Source: a virus (Duplodnaviria > Caudoviricetes). From it: DNA of 44,682 nt. The notes under the pieces are model-generated. The model was not told where the DNA came from, did not search any database, and was given only the letters and a program-made list of their open reading frames with translations. Position 1 is the stretch's first letter; every line of letters begins with the position of its first letter. Positions 44,086 through 44,682 of this stretch are shown here, piece after piece. Where the stretch lies: the IMG/VR virus record IMGVR_UViG_3300030376_003536, positions 1 through 44,682 of that record; one strand, given 5' to 3'. The position numbers were made by a program, and so were the translations under genes.

Positions 44086-44273
44086 TTTATTCCCTTTTTT
44101 ATTTGTATAAGAAAACATGCAAGGTATATAGCACCATCTAGTGCTTCCTCTATTGATTCTTGCAAGAAATCTCTTTTGTCAGTTAAAGGTATGTCACGCC
44201 CATACTTTTCTGCACCTTTATCAAGGCGTTCTTGTATGAGCGCAGCAACCTCATCGTTTATACTATCACTCAT
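44082..44273 (-). CDS. Small all-alpha protein, possibly MazG-like nucleotide pyrophosphohydrolase
   Basis: KGAEKYG followed by an EEALD (EExxD) acidic helix. Confidence 0.5.
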   Translation of the reverse strand: MSDSINDEVAALIQERLDKGAEKYGRDIPLTDKRDFLQESIEEALDGAIYLACFLIQIKKGIK

Positions 44274-44451
44274 GTCTACCTAAAGCTACCCACATAGTAT
44301 CTGGAGTAAGTCTTTTTAGGTTTCCATTGTTACAGTTAACAGCCATTATTCTTACATAACGGTTTAATTCATCTTCAACAACTTCTAAAGCACCAGCACC
44401 TAACTGTACTTTATAGTTTTTAAAGACTTCTTTTATTTGCTTTTTGTTCAT
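44266..44451 (-). CDS. Putative histone-fold protein (61 aa, start MNKKQIK)
   Basis: GGAGG RBS. The alpha1-L1-alpha2-L2-alpha3 pattern ends in KRLTPDTMWVAL, paralleling the RKTI..EDI..A of prokaryotic histones. Confidence 0.65.
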   Translation of the reverse strand: MNKKQIKEVFKNYKVQLGAGALEVVEDELNRYVRIMAVNCNNGNLKRLTPDTMWVALGRHE

Positions 44452-44645
44452 AATACCTCCTGTATTTTTTCCCAAGCAATCCCATCTGGTGTACGTTTGA
44501 ATATTTCTTGTACAGTTACATCTGGGTTTTTATTAATGTGATGTAATGGGTCTTCATTAATGTATTTTATTACATCAGCATCTAGTTTACTATCGTTTAC
44601 TTCAATTGTTACAGAGCATAAAGCTTCAAAGTAATATGTTTTCAT
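44448..44645 (-). CDS. Hypothetical protein (continues the operon across the contig junction)
   Basis: GGAGG RBS. The 5' end is also present at 1-43. Confidence 0.7.
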   Translation of the reverse strand: MKTYYFEALCSVTIEVNDSKLDADVIKYINEDPLHHINKNPDVTVQEIFKRTPDGIAWEKIQEVL

Positions 44646-44679
44646 ATAACCTCCTAGATTAACATTTGATATGATATTT
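44603..44679. repeat. Terminal direct repeat copy 2
   Basis: Exact match to 1-77. The last 3 nt of the window (tgt) do not continue the match. Confidence 0.9.
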
Positions 44680-44682
44680 TGT

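Larger units (their letters stand above)
1..44682. mobile_element. Complete tailed bacteriophage genome (podovirus-like, probably lytic), circularly permuted contig
   Basis: Terminase, portal, capsid, tail, lysin and replication genes are present with no host housekeeping genes. The 77 bp terminal overlap joins the ends, and the ORF at 44448-44645 reads through the repeated segment. Confidence 0.95.

Noticed and set aside
1-44682. Stop-codon reassignment as in some crAss-like phages, or a temperate lifestyle
   Set aside because: Long genes are intact in code 11, and TAA, TAG and TGA all end genes. No integrase, repressor or partition gene was recognised.

Overview
The window is an apparently complete, circularly permuted, AT-rich tailed-phage genome of about 44.6 kb: positions 1-77 recur exactly at 44603-44679, so the unique length is about 44,602 bp. 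Two arms diverge from about 11.45-11.85 kb and converge at about 43.2 kb. The minus arm (11395 to 1, continuing 44645 to 43285) carries small early genes in motif-RBS-ORF-hairpin cassettes and a roughly 1 kb ORF-free region packed with minus-strand RNA stems. It then encodes DUF932-like, ERF recombinase, SSB-like, AEP primase-SF4 helicase and Hjc-type resolvase proteins, and a small protein with a histone-fold pattern. The plus arm is a podovirus-like morphogenesis operon: terminase, portal, scaffold, capsid, adaptors, two paralogous fibres, collagen-like protein, type IV pilin-like protein, lysis genes with an M15 endolysin, metallophosphoesterase, nozzle and ejection proteins. It ends in a 2877 aa protein with the motifs of a two-barrel (crAss-like/RNAi-polymerase-like) RNA polymerase. 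I saw no DNA polymerase, integrase, sigma factor, tRNA or CRISPR array. All calls come from reading motifs by eye, with no database searches. The main candidates for new biology are the virion RNAP with its candidate TTTATCTTTGA promoters, the hairpin-bounded RNA array, the phage histone, the phage pilin and the ECF-like late promoters.
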